From: Camelus ferus
Taxonomy: Eukaryota
Direction: 5' to 3'
Length of the DNA stretch: 64,000 nt
NCBI RefSeq assembly: GCF_009834535.1
Contig: NC_045696.1
Coordinates: forward strand, 7,938,001-8,002,000
Shown: in pieces, positions 50,490 through 62,513 of the stretch
Position numbering within the stretch: position 1 is the first letter of the stretch
How the letters are laid out: every line of letters begins with the position of its first letter
Made by a program: the position numbers and the translations under genes
Notes under the pieces: model-generated
Told to the model about the DNA's origin: nothing
Seen by the model: the letters and a program-made list of their open reading frames with translations, nothing else
Database searches by the model: none

Positions 50490-51245
50490 AAATGAGAAAG
50501 AGAAGATACACAGATGGCCGATGAGCACATGACAAGATACTCAGCATCATTAATCATTAGTGAAACATAAGTCAAGGCCACAGTGAGATAATACTACACA
50601 CCTCCTAGGAAGGCTATAACTTTTTTAAAAAAATGAAAACAAGTGTTGGTGAAATTGTGGAGAAATTAGAGCTTTCATACATTGCTGGTGAGAATGTAAA
50701 ATGCACAGCCTCTGGGGGAAACAGTTATTACAGTTCTTCAAAAAGCGAGACATGGAACATAGAAACATAGAATTACCATATGTATTGGCTTCTTAGGGCT
50801 GCCATAACAAAGTACCACAAACAGGGCAACTTAGACAGCAGAAATGTATTGTCTCCTGGTTCTGGGGGGTGGAAGTCCAAGGTCAAGGTGTCTGCGGGTT
50901 GGTTCTGTCTGCGGGCTGTAAGGGAGCACCCACCCCAGGTGTCATTCTTGGCTCCTTGATGGTCATTGCCTCCCTGTGTCTTTACATCATCTCCTCTCTG
51001 TGCATGCCTGTCTGTGTCCAGATTTCCATTTTTTATAAGAACACAGTCATACTGGATAAAATCCCACACTAATGACCAATAACTTGATTATCTTTGTAAA
51101 GATCCTATTTCTAAAAAAAATTACGTTCTGAGGTACTGGGGGTTAGGACTTCAACATACCTTTTTGGAGGGACATAATTCAACCCAATATGCCGTATGAC
51201 CCAACAATTCCGCTACGAGGTATATAATACCCTGAAAAACAGATG
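50490..51245 (+). mobile_element. L1 ORF2 3' fragment split by an MLT1 LTR
   Basis: AGATACTCAGCATCATTAATCATTAG, ACATTGCTGGTGAGAATGTAAAATG, AATTACCATA...TGACCCAACAATTCC resumes after the LTR. Confidence 0.8.
50781..51191 (-). mobile_element. MaLR solo LTR (MLT1-type) with 5-bp TSD
   Basis: AGGGCTGCCATAACAAAGTACCACAAAC..TTCTGAGGTACTGGGGGTTAGGACTTCAACAT; TSD CCATA (50776-50780) / CCGTA (51192-51196). Confidence 0.88.
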
Positions 51246-51480
51246 TTATCAAAATTGACGATAGGAGTAACAATGTCAATTAGTGAAGTTTTAAAAAACA
51301 TCCTCTTAAACCAAACCATTTTCCTCATATTTCCCCTAAACTGGAAGATGATCATTGGGCAGGATTTTTATTCTTAATGTGTGTTATGAATTAACAAATA
51401 TCACACCCAAAAGTCATACTACAGGAAAACTAATAGAAACTCAGTGTGCTCGAATTAAAGGCCGGTTGCCAGGGGCTGTT

Positions 51481-51951
51481 CTAAGGCTGTTGAGCCCAAG
51501 GGAAACCAGTTGTGCATCTTCCTAACCACAGGGGGGCGCCAAGGCCACACATTTGTTCCATAAATCCGCGAGTTCCCATTAGGCTTGCTCCCCAGTACTT
51601 AACATCTAATGAAAAGGAGTATTTATGGCCATGTTCAGAGCAGGTGTCATTAACTGGCCAGGGAAGAGGGTCCCACTTAATGATATTGCCGGTAACATTA
51701 GCTTCCATGCCACTAGAGCGTCCTTCTTTTAAAATAAATTTTCTAAGGGCCATCCACTTAGAACGTCGGAGATGAGAAATCCACCAAGGTAACCTAGGAG
51801 GACTAGACACAGGTAATTGGGCACAAACCCAGCAGCTGGATTGATTTTTGAAACTTGAAAATGATTGAGGCCCAGGAAGAAATATATTTGGTTCATAACC
51901 AAAAATGTGAGCGATTGTCAAAGTAATTAGTACATAGGCCTGGCCTGGCAT
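51481..51951 (-). pseudogene. Endogenous retroviral env (SU) remnant
   Basis: Signal-peptide-like N-terminus, N-x-S-S-CWVC (CxxC) followed by LP...LPWW, late WLGRCT-G motif; directly downstream of the integrase tail. No furin site or TM subunit seen. Confidence 0.75.
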
Positions 51952-52318
51952 CTTGGGTCAGCTGTCTGCTTCCGATGTCGTCATTTTCTCATCCTGATCT
52001 GGTAGTGGTGGTCTTGGTTGAAGCTGGGTGTCAGAGACAGCAGTTGCAGTTCATTCAAGAGAGGAGGCCTGATATGGTCCCTTCCAGTGTATCTGAAAAG
52101 TCTTTTATCCGACGTCTTCACCAGTATTCATAATCTCCTGGTTGCAGGTCATGGGGCATCTGATCTTTATCCAAAGATAAATTACTGTGATAAGCTTCAG
52201 AAGCAAACTTAGAGTGTATTTTAATAATTATACTTTATAATGATATAACAATAAGAAGCTTTCTGGGAAGTGAGCCTCAGGCAGTCAATACAGACCTCAA
52301 TTAACAAAACTAGAATTT

Positions 52319-52844
52319 TAAAAATTTCATTAAAAAAAATAAATCTAACACGATCATCTTTCTTTTTTGGTAAATTTAAATATTTAAATTTGAATTTTAT
52401 ACTTTTAAAAATTGAAGTACAGTTGATTTACAATATTGTGTCAGTTTTGAGTGTACAGCATAGTAATTCTTTTTTATGGGTTGTTCCTTTTTATTTGCAG
52501 ATTTTATTCCATTATAGTTTATTATAAGATATTGGGTATAATCCCCTGCTCTATACAGTAAATCCTTGTTGCTTATTTATTTTATGTATAGTAGTTTCTA
52601 ACTGTTAGTCCCATACTCCTAGTTTGTGCCCCACCCTCCTTTGGTAACCATAAGTCTTCTATGTCTGTGAGTCTGTTTGTTTTGTATAGAGATTCATTTG
52701 TATTATTTTTTAGATTCCACATATAAGTGATAATATAGTATTTGTCTTTCTTTGACTTATTTCTCTCAACATAATATTCCCTAGTTTCATCCATGTTGCT
52801 GCAAATGGCAAATTTTCATTCTTTTTATGGCTGAGTAATATTCC

Positions 52845-52883
<39 letters not shown>

Positions 52884-53420
52884 CACATCTTCTTATGCCA
52901 ATCATCTGTTGATGGACACTTGGATTGCTTTCATGTCTTCTCTATTGTAAATAGTGCTGCTATGAACGTTGAGGTACATGTAACTTTTTGATTTAGAGTT
53001 TTCATTTTTTCCAGGTATATATACAGGAGTGGAATTGCTGGATCATATGGCAGTTCTATTTTTAGTTTTTTAGAACTCCATACTGTTCTCCATAGTGGCT
53101 ACACCAATTTACATTTTACATTACACCAACAGTGTAGGAGGGCTCACTTTTCTCCACATCCTCTCCAGCATTTATTATTTGTAAACTTTTTCATGAGAAC
53201 CATTCTGACTAGTGTGAGGTGATAACCTCATTGTGGTTTTGATTTGCATTTCCCTATAATTAGTGATGTTGAGCATCTTTCCGTGTTCCTGTTGGCCATC
53301 TGTATGTCTTCTTTGAAGAAATGTCTATTTAGGTCTTCTGCCCATTTTTTGATCGGGTTGTTTGTTTTTTGATATTGAGTTGTATGAGCTATTTGTATAG
53401 TATGAATTTGCTGGTCACAT
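52319..53420 (-). mobile_element. 5'-truncated L1 (cetartiodactyl-type) inserted in the ERV
   Basis: L1 3' UTR and ORF2 end; 14-bp TSD CAAAACTAGAATTT (52305-52318 / 53421-53434). Confidence 0.92.
52847..52880. repeat. (TG)17 microsatellite inside L1
   Basis: Direct read. Confidence 0.95.
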
Positions 53421-53547
53421 CAAAACTAGAATTTAATATCCACTGAAATATTAATGTTTTCTCTCTAAAGTTACCCTAATTTCTACCAGATACAGCCAAA
53501 TTAGGACTACTTTGTTTAGTCTGGTTAACTGACCACATGGGCTCTTT

Positions 53548-53878
53548 TTGTGTGTCTTTTTTCTTTTATTATTAATAGACTTTATGTTTTAGAGAAGTTT
53601 CGGGTTCATAGCAGAATTGAGCAGAAAATACAGAAAGTTCACACATAGCCCTCCTCAACCAAACATATATACTCCCCTATCCTCAAAAATCCCTCATCAG
53701 TGTGGCATATTTGGTACAATCAGTGAACTAACATGGACATATTATTATCAACCAAAGTGCATAGTTTACATTAGGGCTCACTCTTGACACTGTACATTCT
53801 GTGGGCTTTGACAAATGTATAATGATAATGTAGCCATCACTACAGTATCATACAGGATAATTTCATTGCCCTAAAAAT
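53548..53878 (-). mobile_element. L1MC-like 3' end inserted in the ERV
   Basis: ATAGTTTACATTAGGG.TCACTCTTG..TGTACATTCT.TGGG.TTTGACAAATGTATAATGA matches the recalled L1MC 3' UTR; perfect 19-bp TSD CTGACCACATGGGCTCTTT (53529-53547 / 53879-53897). Confidence 0.85.
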
Positions 53879-56800
53879 CTGACCACATGGGCTCTTTGAA
53901 ATTGGCTGTGCTAGAACTTTTTCTAAGGAATCTCAGATTGAATCTTTAAAGGACCTCTCAAGGCCAGGAAAGCCACATCCAGGGCTTGTCGCAGATTCCA
54001 CCTGCAGTATCTACAGATTTGGGTGAACTTCTCTCTTTTCAAGGCCCCTGAAATACTTCGAGATTCCTGCACCTGTTAGGAGGTGGCCTTCCTTGTTCAC
54101 CTGATAAAGCTACTGAGAACCTAAGAATGTCCAATTTCTGGAGGGTTCAGATAGAGAGAAAAGACAAATGTTTTAATTCTTCTTACAAAGGTATAATTTA
54201 TCAAATTGCAGTAAGTCATAATTAATTTGAGGGGAAAAATTTCCCTATCTGGATAACACAGATTAAAAACCAGCAGAATTTCAGACAAAAATGTAGTATA
54301 ACCATATGCATCCGTTTGCTCAGTCCTATGTGACTAATTCTTCACCTCAATCTTCTCTTAAGTTTTATGAAGCCATCAGTTTTTCCATTAGAATTCTTTA
54401 ATTTCTTACCCAGTTCAGCAGTATGATCTGAAAGTTATCAGAAACCTATACTTGTCAAAAAGTCCTTTTTAGGAATCTTTTTTAAGATGAAGCTTTTTTT
54501 TTTTCTAAAGCATCAGAGTAGAACAATAATTGTCTGTAAATGACAGAAGACTTAAAAAGGCAAAGTTAAAGATCTGATTACAATGCAACAGATAAAGAAA
54601 CTTCATTATTGCTGTGGCATACATTTTAAGATAATTACTAGAATTCTGACTGATAACATTTTACCAGGACATTTTCAACTTTTAGAAATTCCATATAATT
54701 TCCAAAACATTTATATTAATGACATTTACTCATACAATATAGCCTAAGAAGGTTTATCACCACTCATTTTACAATGCTTCCCATATAATTTAACATACTA
54801 AATAAAGCCTAATTAGTTTAATATTCTTCTCTCTGAGATGCTTCAGGGGCTGCCTCTGAAGCATCCCAATGTTAGCTAGAGGTCAAAAGAACTTTTGTGC
54901 AAAATATCAAAATTTTGAAACACCTGGTCAAATAGGGTCATAAGTCGCTGTGGAACAATACTCACTTAACTAAATGACAAAAGATTTCAAAGTTTGCGAT
55001 AGATAAAAGGCAAAGAAACTCATGATCTGCTATTAAAAGCAGCTCAATATTCTAAGAAAACTTTCTCTTAATAGAGAGAAAATAACAGTCTTACATCAGT
55101 TGCTCTTAATAACAAAATTTATTTACTTAATTCAATCCAGTGCTAACCTGGCCATGCACAAAATTCTTTTCCCAGTGTTGCCTTTTCCATAAATCTTCCA
55201 TACCTTTCTGTATCCGTATAATTTTGTCCCTTATTTTCTTTTCCATCCAGAAACAACCAGTTCTAGGACAAAATTCCTTGATTTTCCCTTAACAAACTGC
55301 ATTTCCATTCTTCATACCTTCTTTTTTCTTGCATACAAAGATGTTTTCTTTCTTAAATTTTAGTAGTTTTAATTACATATTTTAATTAGAATTTTTAACT
55401 GTAAAACCTTAGTTTCTTGTAAAAACTAAAAAGGAAGTAATTATGAACTGTTTTTTATATTAGCATTCTATAGATAAGCAAACTTTTTAAATACTACGTA
55501 TGGTTTCTAGAAAACATGTGCTTTTTTTTTTAACAGAAAATGTCTTAGTGTGGCATCAAACATATTTATTAATAGTCCTAAATATCTTTAGTTTCTCTGT
55601 AAAAGGAAGCCTACGTTCAGTAACTAATGTTCTAGTATCTTATTTGGAAATGATCTGGATAGTCAATGAATTCCCATTATTTACTTTAACTTAGCAAAAC
55701 TATATAGTTTCAAGTTAACAAAATCTGCAGAGACTATTTTGAATAGACATTCCTCAAACATAATTATTCCTAAAGAGGTTTCCTAAAATCTCTTCTCATT
55801 TATCTCTATTTTATTTACCTAAAAGTTTCATCATATCAAGTTATTTTTTGCTGACAAATTTTGTAACAGGAATAATAAGACCTTATTTGATTTCTTGTAA
55901 ACCTACATGAAAGTATTACACTTAACGTTGATGACTCTAAAGACATGTCTGTATTAATTAAACCAACAAACTTGTTTTCATTCATTAAAATTAATCCTAG
56001 ATTAAATGGTCCCAAAATTCATTTGGGTTAGTTTCTTTCATATTTCTGAGTACTTATTTAAATACTTAATTTTATTTAGTCCAATTAAGTAGAGCTCTCT
56101 CACAAATTAATTTTGGCAATACCACATATCTACAGCATACATATGTCAACTGAAATAAATGCCATTCTAGTTTTCAGGAGACCCTGCAGGCAGGGATCCA
56201 GGAGACTGACACCCCAGCTTGGCCATTTCTGGGTGGGATTTCCTTTAATTCCCAATTAACTGCTTGCAAGCATACATAAGCCCAGCCGGTATTCCCATAG
56301 GTGTCCGTGTGTCCAGAAGCTGTTTGGCCTTTGAGGCACAATTTCCCATTGTCAATTTGGTAGCCTGATTCAGATATGAAACATGATTGGAATCACTTTC
56401 TGAGGACAATGTAGTGGGTCAGATGTGTGCTGCGTCTGAGTCCCACTCCCCAAGTTCGACTCTTTTATGTGTCTCAGTTTCTTCCTCCAATGGTCTAAAA
56501 CAGCTGTGGGCGCTCGGAGCACAAGATGATCGGTCTTTATATCACGTGGCCCCGGAAGAGCTGTACTTACTTGATGGCTGTAGTGGGGTTCACCTGTAGG
56601 ACCGCTCCACATCACGAGGATTGAGCCTCAGACATTTCCACTAGGTTCTCAGTCACCTGCGCACACCTTGTGCCTGGAAGGAGCACGTGTCCCTTGTTCT
56701 TCAGAGCTGAGTTAATTCAGTCTTTAATTTTGCTAGCAAAAATTTTGTTCAGACCATATATCAACTTTTTTTTTTTCAATTTGAGCCAGATTTAACAAAA

Positions 56801-57084
56801 GCCCAGCCACCTATATTTCTCTGGGCTTCCCGCCCAAATCCCTCTAAGCCCCTGCCTAGGACGTATACCTGTGCCCCTGCAGACGCTAAGTCTTAAGATA
56901 AAACAGCTAGAATGAAATTGGAGGGCTCTTCACTTAAAGCAATGGTGTGTGGATAGGAAAACTCCCCAGGACACCTGAGGAGTGCCAAGAAGCCAGTGGG
57001 GCTCGGTGGACCTGGGCTGGTACCCAGTGCCACATGGGGGAGGCTCCAAGTGTCCTCTGGTGGGTATCTCCAATATCATGCAGA

Positions 57085-57487
57085 TGTTGATGGAAAATTA
57101 ATCAGTGGTTGATCTAAAAAAGAAACGGAAAATTTTATTCACGCCAACCTGAGGATTATAACCTGAGAGACAGCCTTTTAGAAAGCACTGAGGAGTCTTC
57201 TGCTCATTAGAGGTCAAAGCATAGTTATATAAGGTTTTGAGACAAAGAGTTATACCTCAAATGATGTATTATTGACAGTTTACACGGCCCAGGTCTGCAC
57301 GTACAGTCAGTAGTGGGTCATCGTGACCCCTTACCAGATTAAGAAGGAAGGTTATCCCCTAAGGAGGTCTGGGTAATACAGATCCACAACAGACACTGAA
57401 GGGGAGGGAGGAGGCCCAAACGAGCTCAGAAAAATTTTATGTTTAAATTTTCTTGTCTTGCCATAAAATATGAATTTTATCTCACCA
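57085..57487 (-). mobile_element. 5' LTR of the ERV1-class element
   Basis: Begins TGTTGA on plus (..TCAACA on minus), minus-strand AATAAA (TTTTATTC) and TATA (TTATATAAG). Layout resembles the LTR at 32332 (TTTTATTC..CTGAGGA..CAGCCT). Confidence 0.75.
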
Positions 57488-60400
57488 ACACGGACCCCCA
57501 ACGAGCACCAACTGTGTGGAAAGCCCCACACCATCTCATTTCATCCTTACGGAACTGAGGAGAAAAGTGCTACCGGACCCTTCATGTTTCCCAAGAGAAA
57601 CTAAGGTGCAGCGAGGCCTCGTAATTTGTCCACGGCCCCAGCTGTGCAGGGATGCACCGGGACTCCAGGCCGGCTCTCTGGGTCCGGAGCTGCCCCCTTT
57701 CTGCCAAGGGGAGCCCAGAAGATGCACCCCAGCAGCCAGGAGGGGCTGTCTGGTGGAGCTAGGCAGAGGGCCGTGGGCTCCATCTCCCCCTTGAGGTCCC
57801 ACCCAGTGTGTTTGCAGCCCTCACAGAACATTCTGGGCTCTGCAGAGCTCACCCCAAGACCTCCACTGCAGATTCTGCCAGCACTAAGGTCTGAAGTGGG
57901 CACGTCCAGAGAAAGAAAGGAGACCCCATGAGGAATGACCAGTCCTGATGCCTCCAGCATCACAGAACTGAGTCCTGAATGGTTCCTGCCCAGAGACACC
58001 CATTTCCCGCCCAAAGGTGGCATCTGCGGGTGTCTCCACCAAGGGCCTACTTTAAACCTTCTCATTCAGTTAAGCACAAGATGAAAACCCACCTCGCACT
58101 GGAAAAGAGAGCTCTGGTTGCACACTTCCCCACGCTGCTGAGAGATCAGCACAAGAAACCAACAGGAAGATGAAGACCAAGGCCACACGGTGCCTGTGAG
58201 GCCCCAGAACACGGAGCTGGTGTCCGCCTGGCCACGCTGGGCTCGCCGTCAGCGTCCCCCCAGCGCCCCAGGCACCCTGCATTTTGCAGAGGCCTCTGTG
58301 TGGCCAGATCATGTTCCTTCCATCTGCTTCATCAGCCAGGAAACAGGAGCCCCCGATTAAGCTGAAGCTCCAGCCTTAGAAGTAAAAATAGCCAGTGACT
58401 CATGGCCAGAGCCGGGACCAGACAGACCCGGTTTTGTCACTCAGGCCAGGCTGCTCCACAAAGCTGTCATTTCCTCCTCTGCTGACGCGGTTTCCACTCC
58501 CCAGGGCAGAGTGGCGGTTTGGCAACTTACACATTAGGAGGTCCTACTCTTCCTGAAACGTGGTTAGCCTGGAAAAGAGAGCCCCAAACGAGGAGGTGGT
58601 GTTCTGGGAAATAGTGGAAAGAGGGTGCAGGCTGCTCTGATGGGCCTAAAAAGGGCCAGGTTTGACTCCATAGCTGGGAGAACTGTCGACCTAGGCTGAG
58701 CGGAAATGGAGCAGGCGTCTCTACACTGTGGTGAGCTGCCTGTCACCGGAAGGGTCCAAGCTGAGGCTGAGGGAGATGAAGCAGCAGGGCGTGGCACCCC
58801 TAGCTGGGAGGAGGCTGAATTGCAGGAGCAAAACTGTGGGTGGCGGTCAGGGGCCTGATCCCCGGGCTCTGTTTTCCTGGAAGCCAGTTCAGCACCTGCC
58901 CCTCGTTCAGCCAGAGTGGGCACCCACCCCTCCTGAGCCACAGACCCTACTTTTCCTGGAAGAAGAGATAAGAAACTCTTAGGAAATTGGACAGACATGA
59001 GGGAGACCATGAGACTGGCTTCTTCTAGATCTGAAACTCAAATCTCTAAGGTCTACCGGCAGTGCAGTCTTAGAATTTCACATCATCAGTGAATAACTCA
59101 GTAATTTACAGTAGTTAGAGTTGGAGCCCCTGCAGTCATCATCATCCTCTCCAGAATGCTCCTCAAGTGTGACCCCCCATCCCACCCTGTGCCCATCACC
59201 CACCTGGACTGTCGCCGTAGCCTCCTGCCTGCAGTTCCCTGTGCAATCCATTCTCCACGTCACGTCCAGGAGGCTCTTCCTAAAGGGGAGAGCGGGTCAC
59301 TGCAAGGGTTTCCCTTTGCACTTTGAACACATTCAGGCTCCTTTCCACAGCCCCTGTCCTGAATCACACACCATCCACCAGCTGGTTCACAGAGCTCCAG
59401 CCACGAGGGTGTCCGTCTGTCTTTCTGTCTGCCTGTTCCTGAAACAGGCCAGGCTTTCCCACCTTGAGGCCTTTCTGGCTGTTTCTTCAGCCCACCCCTC
59501 CTCATATTTCAAGTCTCAGCTTAAATATCATCCCTCACGTCAGCCTATGTGACGTGCTTTGAATAACAGGTCTTCCACCACCGCCCCCGCTGCCCCTGCC
59601 TTCACCACCGCTGCCCCTCAGGACCACCTGCTCCGTCTGGCGGGGACCAGTCCAACTCTCAGCCACATCAGAGGGAGAACCTTCATTTGGCTTCTGGCCT
59701 AAGTTTCCCAGCCACCATCAAGGACAGCTCCCTCGCCAGCCTTCCACACACCAGCATGTGGTATAGGGGCTAAAATTATTATGTGCTGGATTGAAAGCTG
59801 AAACTGGAAGGGCCTTGAACGTCCTAAGCAGAAGGCCCCCCTCCTGCTCTGCCCCCAGGGATAAGGTCCGAAGATAAACACTCCTCCTGTCCCAGCACAG
59901 CGCCTGCTTGTCCTGGAGCCTCTTGGGTCAGTCCCTTGTCAGTTCGCAGGGAGCGTGATAAATACATCAGACTTCACCTCGGTTTTTACACTTAACATCT
60001 TTCCACAGCAGTCCATGTGGTCCAGCCAACAGCTGCGTTACGTGTCGTGTAGCTCTGCTGTGATTTAATTCATCTCCTTTCGGTAGGCACTTAGCTGATT
60101 GCCACTCTTGCCTTCCATTTCGAAATACTGCAACAAATCTTCGTGCACAGATCTTTGTAGAGCTGTGAGGTATAGCAGATATGACATTTGTTGAAAGTGT
60201 AGAAAAATGTCATTAAGACCTCTTTTTTTGGTTTAAAAACTTAAAAACTTTTTTGAGGTGAGTGTCTTCAAACCCATTATGCCTTTGGCTACATTGAACA
60301 TAAATACTTTTTAAATCTATCTTGTACGTATGTGAAGTTCTCCTGGAGTGCTGAGTCAGTCAGCACAGGACAAGGATTTACAGAACTCTCTGGAAAAACC

Positions 60401-60541
60401 AAAATAGCATTTAATTATATGGAAAGTAATAAACATGAAAAATGTATGGTAATAGATAATATACTACTTCCATAACGACGGGATTAAAAATACATGAAAT
60501 TAGTTAATAAATTTGACAGTGGAGCGAAAGGCCTAGCAATA

Positions 60542-60555
60542 TCGCCCCCCAGTGG
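60542..60555 (-). promoter_or_regulatory. CTCF-like motif
   Basis: Minus strand CCACTGGGGGGCGA versus core consensus CCASYAGRKGGCRS. Confidence 0.55.
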
Positions 60556-60894
60556 CTCGGGGGAGAACTCGCTCCATTAGGAGCTGACATTCATCACTTA
60601 CCTAAATCCCGTTCCGGAGGCTGGGCGTCATTTGACCGGGGTGCGGGGCTCCCATGACAGCATCTACTCAGTCCTGTAACTTCTGGATTAGAAGCAGAGT
60701 GACCCTGGAGCTGGGTGGCTAAGTTTTCTTCAAGACTCAGCCTCTTCTTGGGTAGTTGAATATGGAGGTTCTTCATGAAATCAAGGAGCTCAAAGAATTC
60801 TAACCACCGCCCTTCGCTGATGTATCTTCCAGATCTCAGAAATCTCCGACCTGTGGTTCTTAACGCTGACTGCCCGTTGAATCTCTGAATTTTT

Positions 60895-61130
60895 TAAAAT
60901 GCGTGCGCCTGGCTGGGCGTCTCCCTCACCCATACGAGCCGAGCCTTGAGTTGGTTCGGACGGACTCTGTTTTGCTGGTAAAGCACCGCTGGCGACCGGG
61001 TGCGCAGCCAGGCCCTGCGTGCGCGGGCAGGAGGAGACGCGGGGAGAGGCGGCGGGTCGGGGAACGCGGCCCCGGGGACTGAGCTCCAGCCAGGCAGCAC
61101 TTCTCCCACCGGCCGAGGGTGCTGACCAAG
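60895..61130. promoter_or_regulatory. Small CpG-island-like segment (candidate promoter/enhancer)
   Basis: Dense CpG, GC-box-like GGCGGCGGG, NRF1-like TGCGTGCGC twice; not repeat-derived by eye. Confidence 0.55.
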
Positions 61131-62114
61131 GGCAGAGGGACCTGGAGCCGTTTCAGACGTGTCCTTACACTTGAAATGCCTCTCCAGGTAACCTTCTATG
61201 ACAGGAGACATCAGGTCATTCTGGGCGCTGAGCAGAGGCAGCGTGCGGACCCCCGCCATCATTACTGCCTGTTGCTCAGCTTTGTAAAAGGGCAGGGCTT
61301 GTGGCTACATAGCGTCTTTCCGAGCCAAACCTGGAGGGAAAACCAGGACTTCTGTCAGGGCTCCAGCTTAGTGAGAGCACTTTTCTCTCTCCGCCGAAGA
61401 ATTGGTTTAGAAGCAGGAAGTGGAGTTAACAGCTGGGTGACCTGTGCCTCTGATCTGGGATAAGAGCTGGACCAGAGATTTCCACCCCTGAAAGATTTCA
61501 CTCTTCCTGGAATATGACAGGGCACCTCCTGGCCCTGGTGACAGTGGCTGCAGTGGTCCACCTCAGCCTGGTCTGGACCATCCACCTGCATCCCCAGAGA
61601 GAATGCCCAGGCAGGGGTCAGGCCCACCCCCAGAGGTGAGAAGAGGAGACACGGGAGGCTGGGCAGCTGGGGTGGGGGCAGCTCCAGTCACGGTGGGGCT
61701 CCACACCAGCAGGGCTGCAGGCTGTCCTCACGCCCCCGACTCAGGAGCAGCCCAAGTCCCGGGACCCCTAGACACCCAGCCTGCACATAGAATGCATCCG
61801 ATGGGAGCTGAGGATGCCTTGCTTCTGGGAAAACCGAGGACCGCTGATCTGACCACTTTCCTCTTCGCCCTCTCCTGTGTTCTGCTGGGGCTCCTCAGAG
61901 AGGCCCTTCCCATTTGAAGCTGCAACCTAGTCACCACCAGCTCTCCCAACACCCCACACCTTGTTTTCTTCCACAGTCATCTTCTAACGTGTGTTTACTA
62001 GTCTTATTGTGGGTCTCCCCTAACCAGAATGCAAGTTCCAGGAGGGCAGAGAGCTTTGTCTGTTTTGTTCCCTGACGTTTCCTCCGGGACCCACGTGTTT
62101 GACAAACATTTCTT

Positions 62115-62240
62115 TTTCCTTTTTGAGTGGGGAAGGTATTTAGGTTTACTGATTTATTTTTTAGAGGAAGTACTGGGGATTGAACCCAGGACTGTGTGTG
62201 CTAAGCATGCAGCTCTACCACTTAAGCTATTCCCTCCCCC
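62115..62240 (-). mobile_element. tRNA-derived SINE (vic-1-like) inserted in an L2 3' end
   Basis: Reverse complement of the 40363 family; 16-bp TSD TTGACAAACATTTCTT (62099-62114) / TTGATAAACATTTCTT (62241-62256). Confidence 0.9.
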
Positions 62241-62499
62241 TTGATAAACATTTCTTGAATGATGATAAACAGGGGAACTAGTGAACGGATGAGGACTTGT
62301 GCTACTTTCACAATCCCCTCCCACCCTCATGTGTTCAATGATGCCCCCTCTATGTCTGGCCACTGGGGGCGGAGCCAGCATTCAAGGCCACTGTGCAAGC
62401 CTGACAGGGACGTGGACCTCTCGGGGGAGGTGGGGCAAAGCCAGCAGCAGAGACTCCAAGCTGAGGCAGCCCTACCACTGGGCAGATCCAGTGGGGACA

Positions 62500-62513
62500 G
62501 TGACCTCTAGTGG
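62500..62513 (-). promoter_or_regulatory. CTCF-like motif
   Basis: Minus strand (TGG)CCACTAGAGGTCAC, one mismatch to core consensus CCASYAGRKGGCRS. Confidence 0.55.

Larger units (their letters stand above)
51250..57487 (-). mobile_element. Decayed ERV1-class (MER4-group-like) element: 5' LTR, AT-rich internal region, integrase tail, env remnant
   Basis: LTR at 57085-57487, minus-strand HDLQPGD and WKGPYQ integrase C-terminal motifs (52069-52152), env CWVC ORF. No RT and no second LTR recognised. Confidence 0.75.

Noticed and set aside
51240..51300. Possible 3' LTR of the ERV
   Set aside because: Only a brief TGTT..AAAATT resemblance to the 57085 LTR; no extended similarity.
57060..57084. 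Primer-binding site next to the ERV LTR
   Set aside because: Minus strand reads TCTGCATGATATTGGAG with no clean TGG-initiated 18-nt tRNA complement; cannot be assigned.
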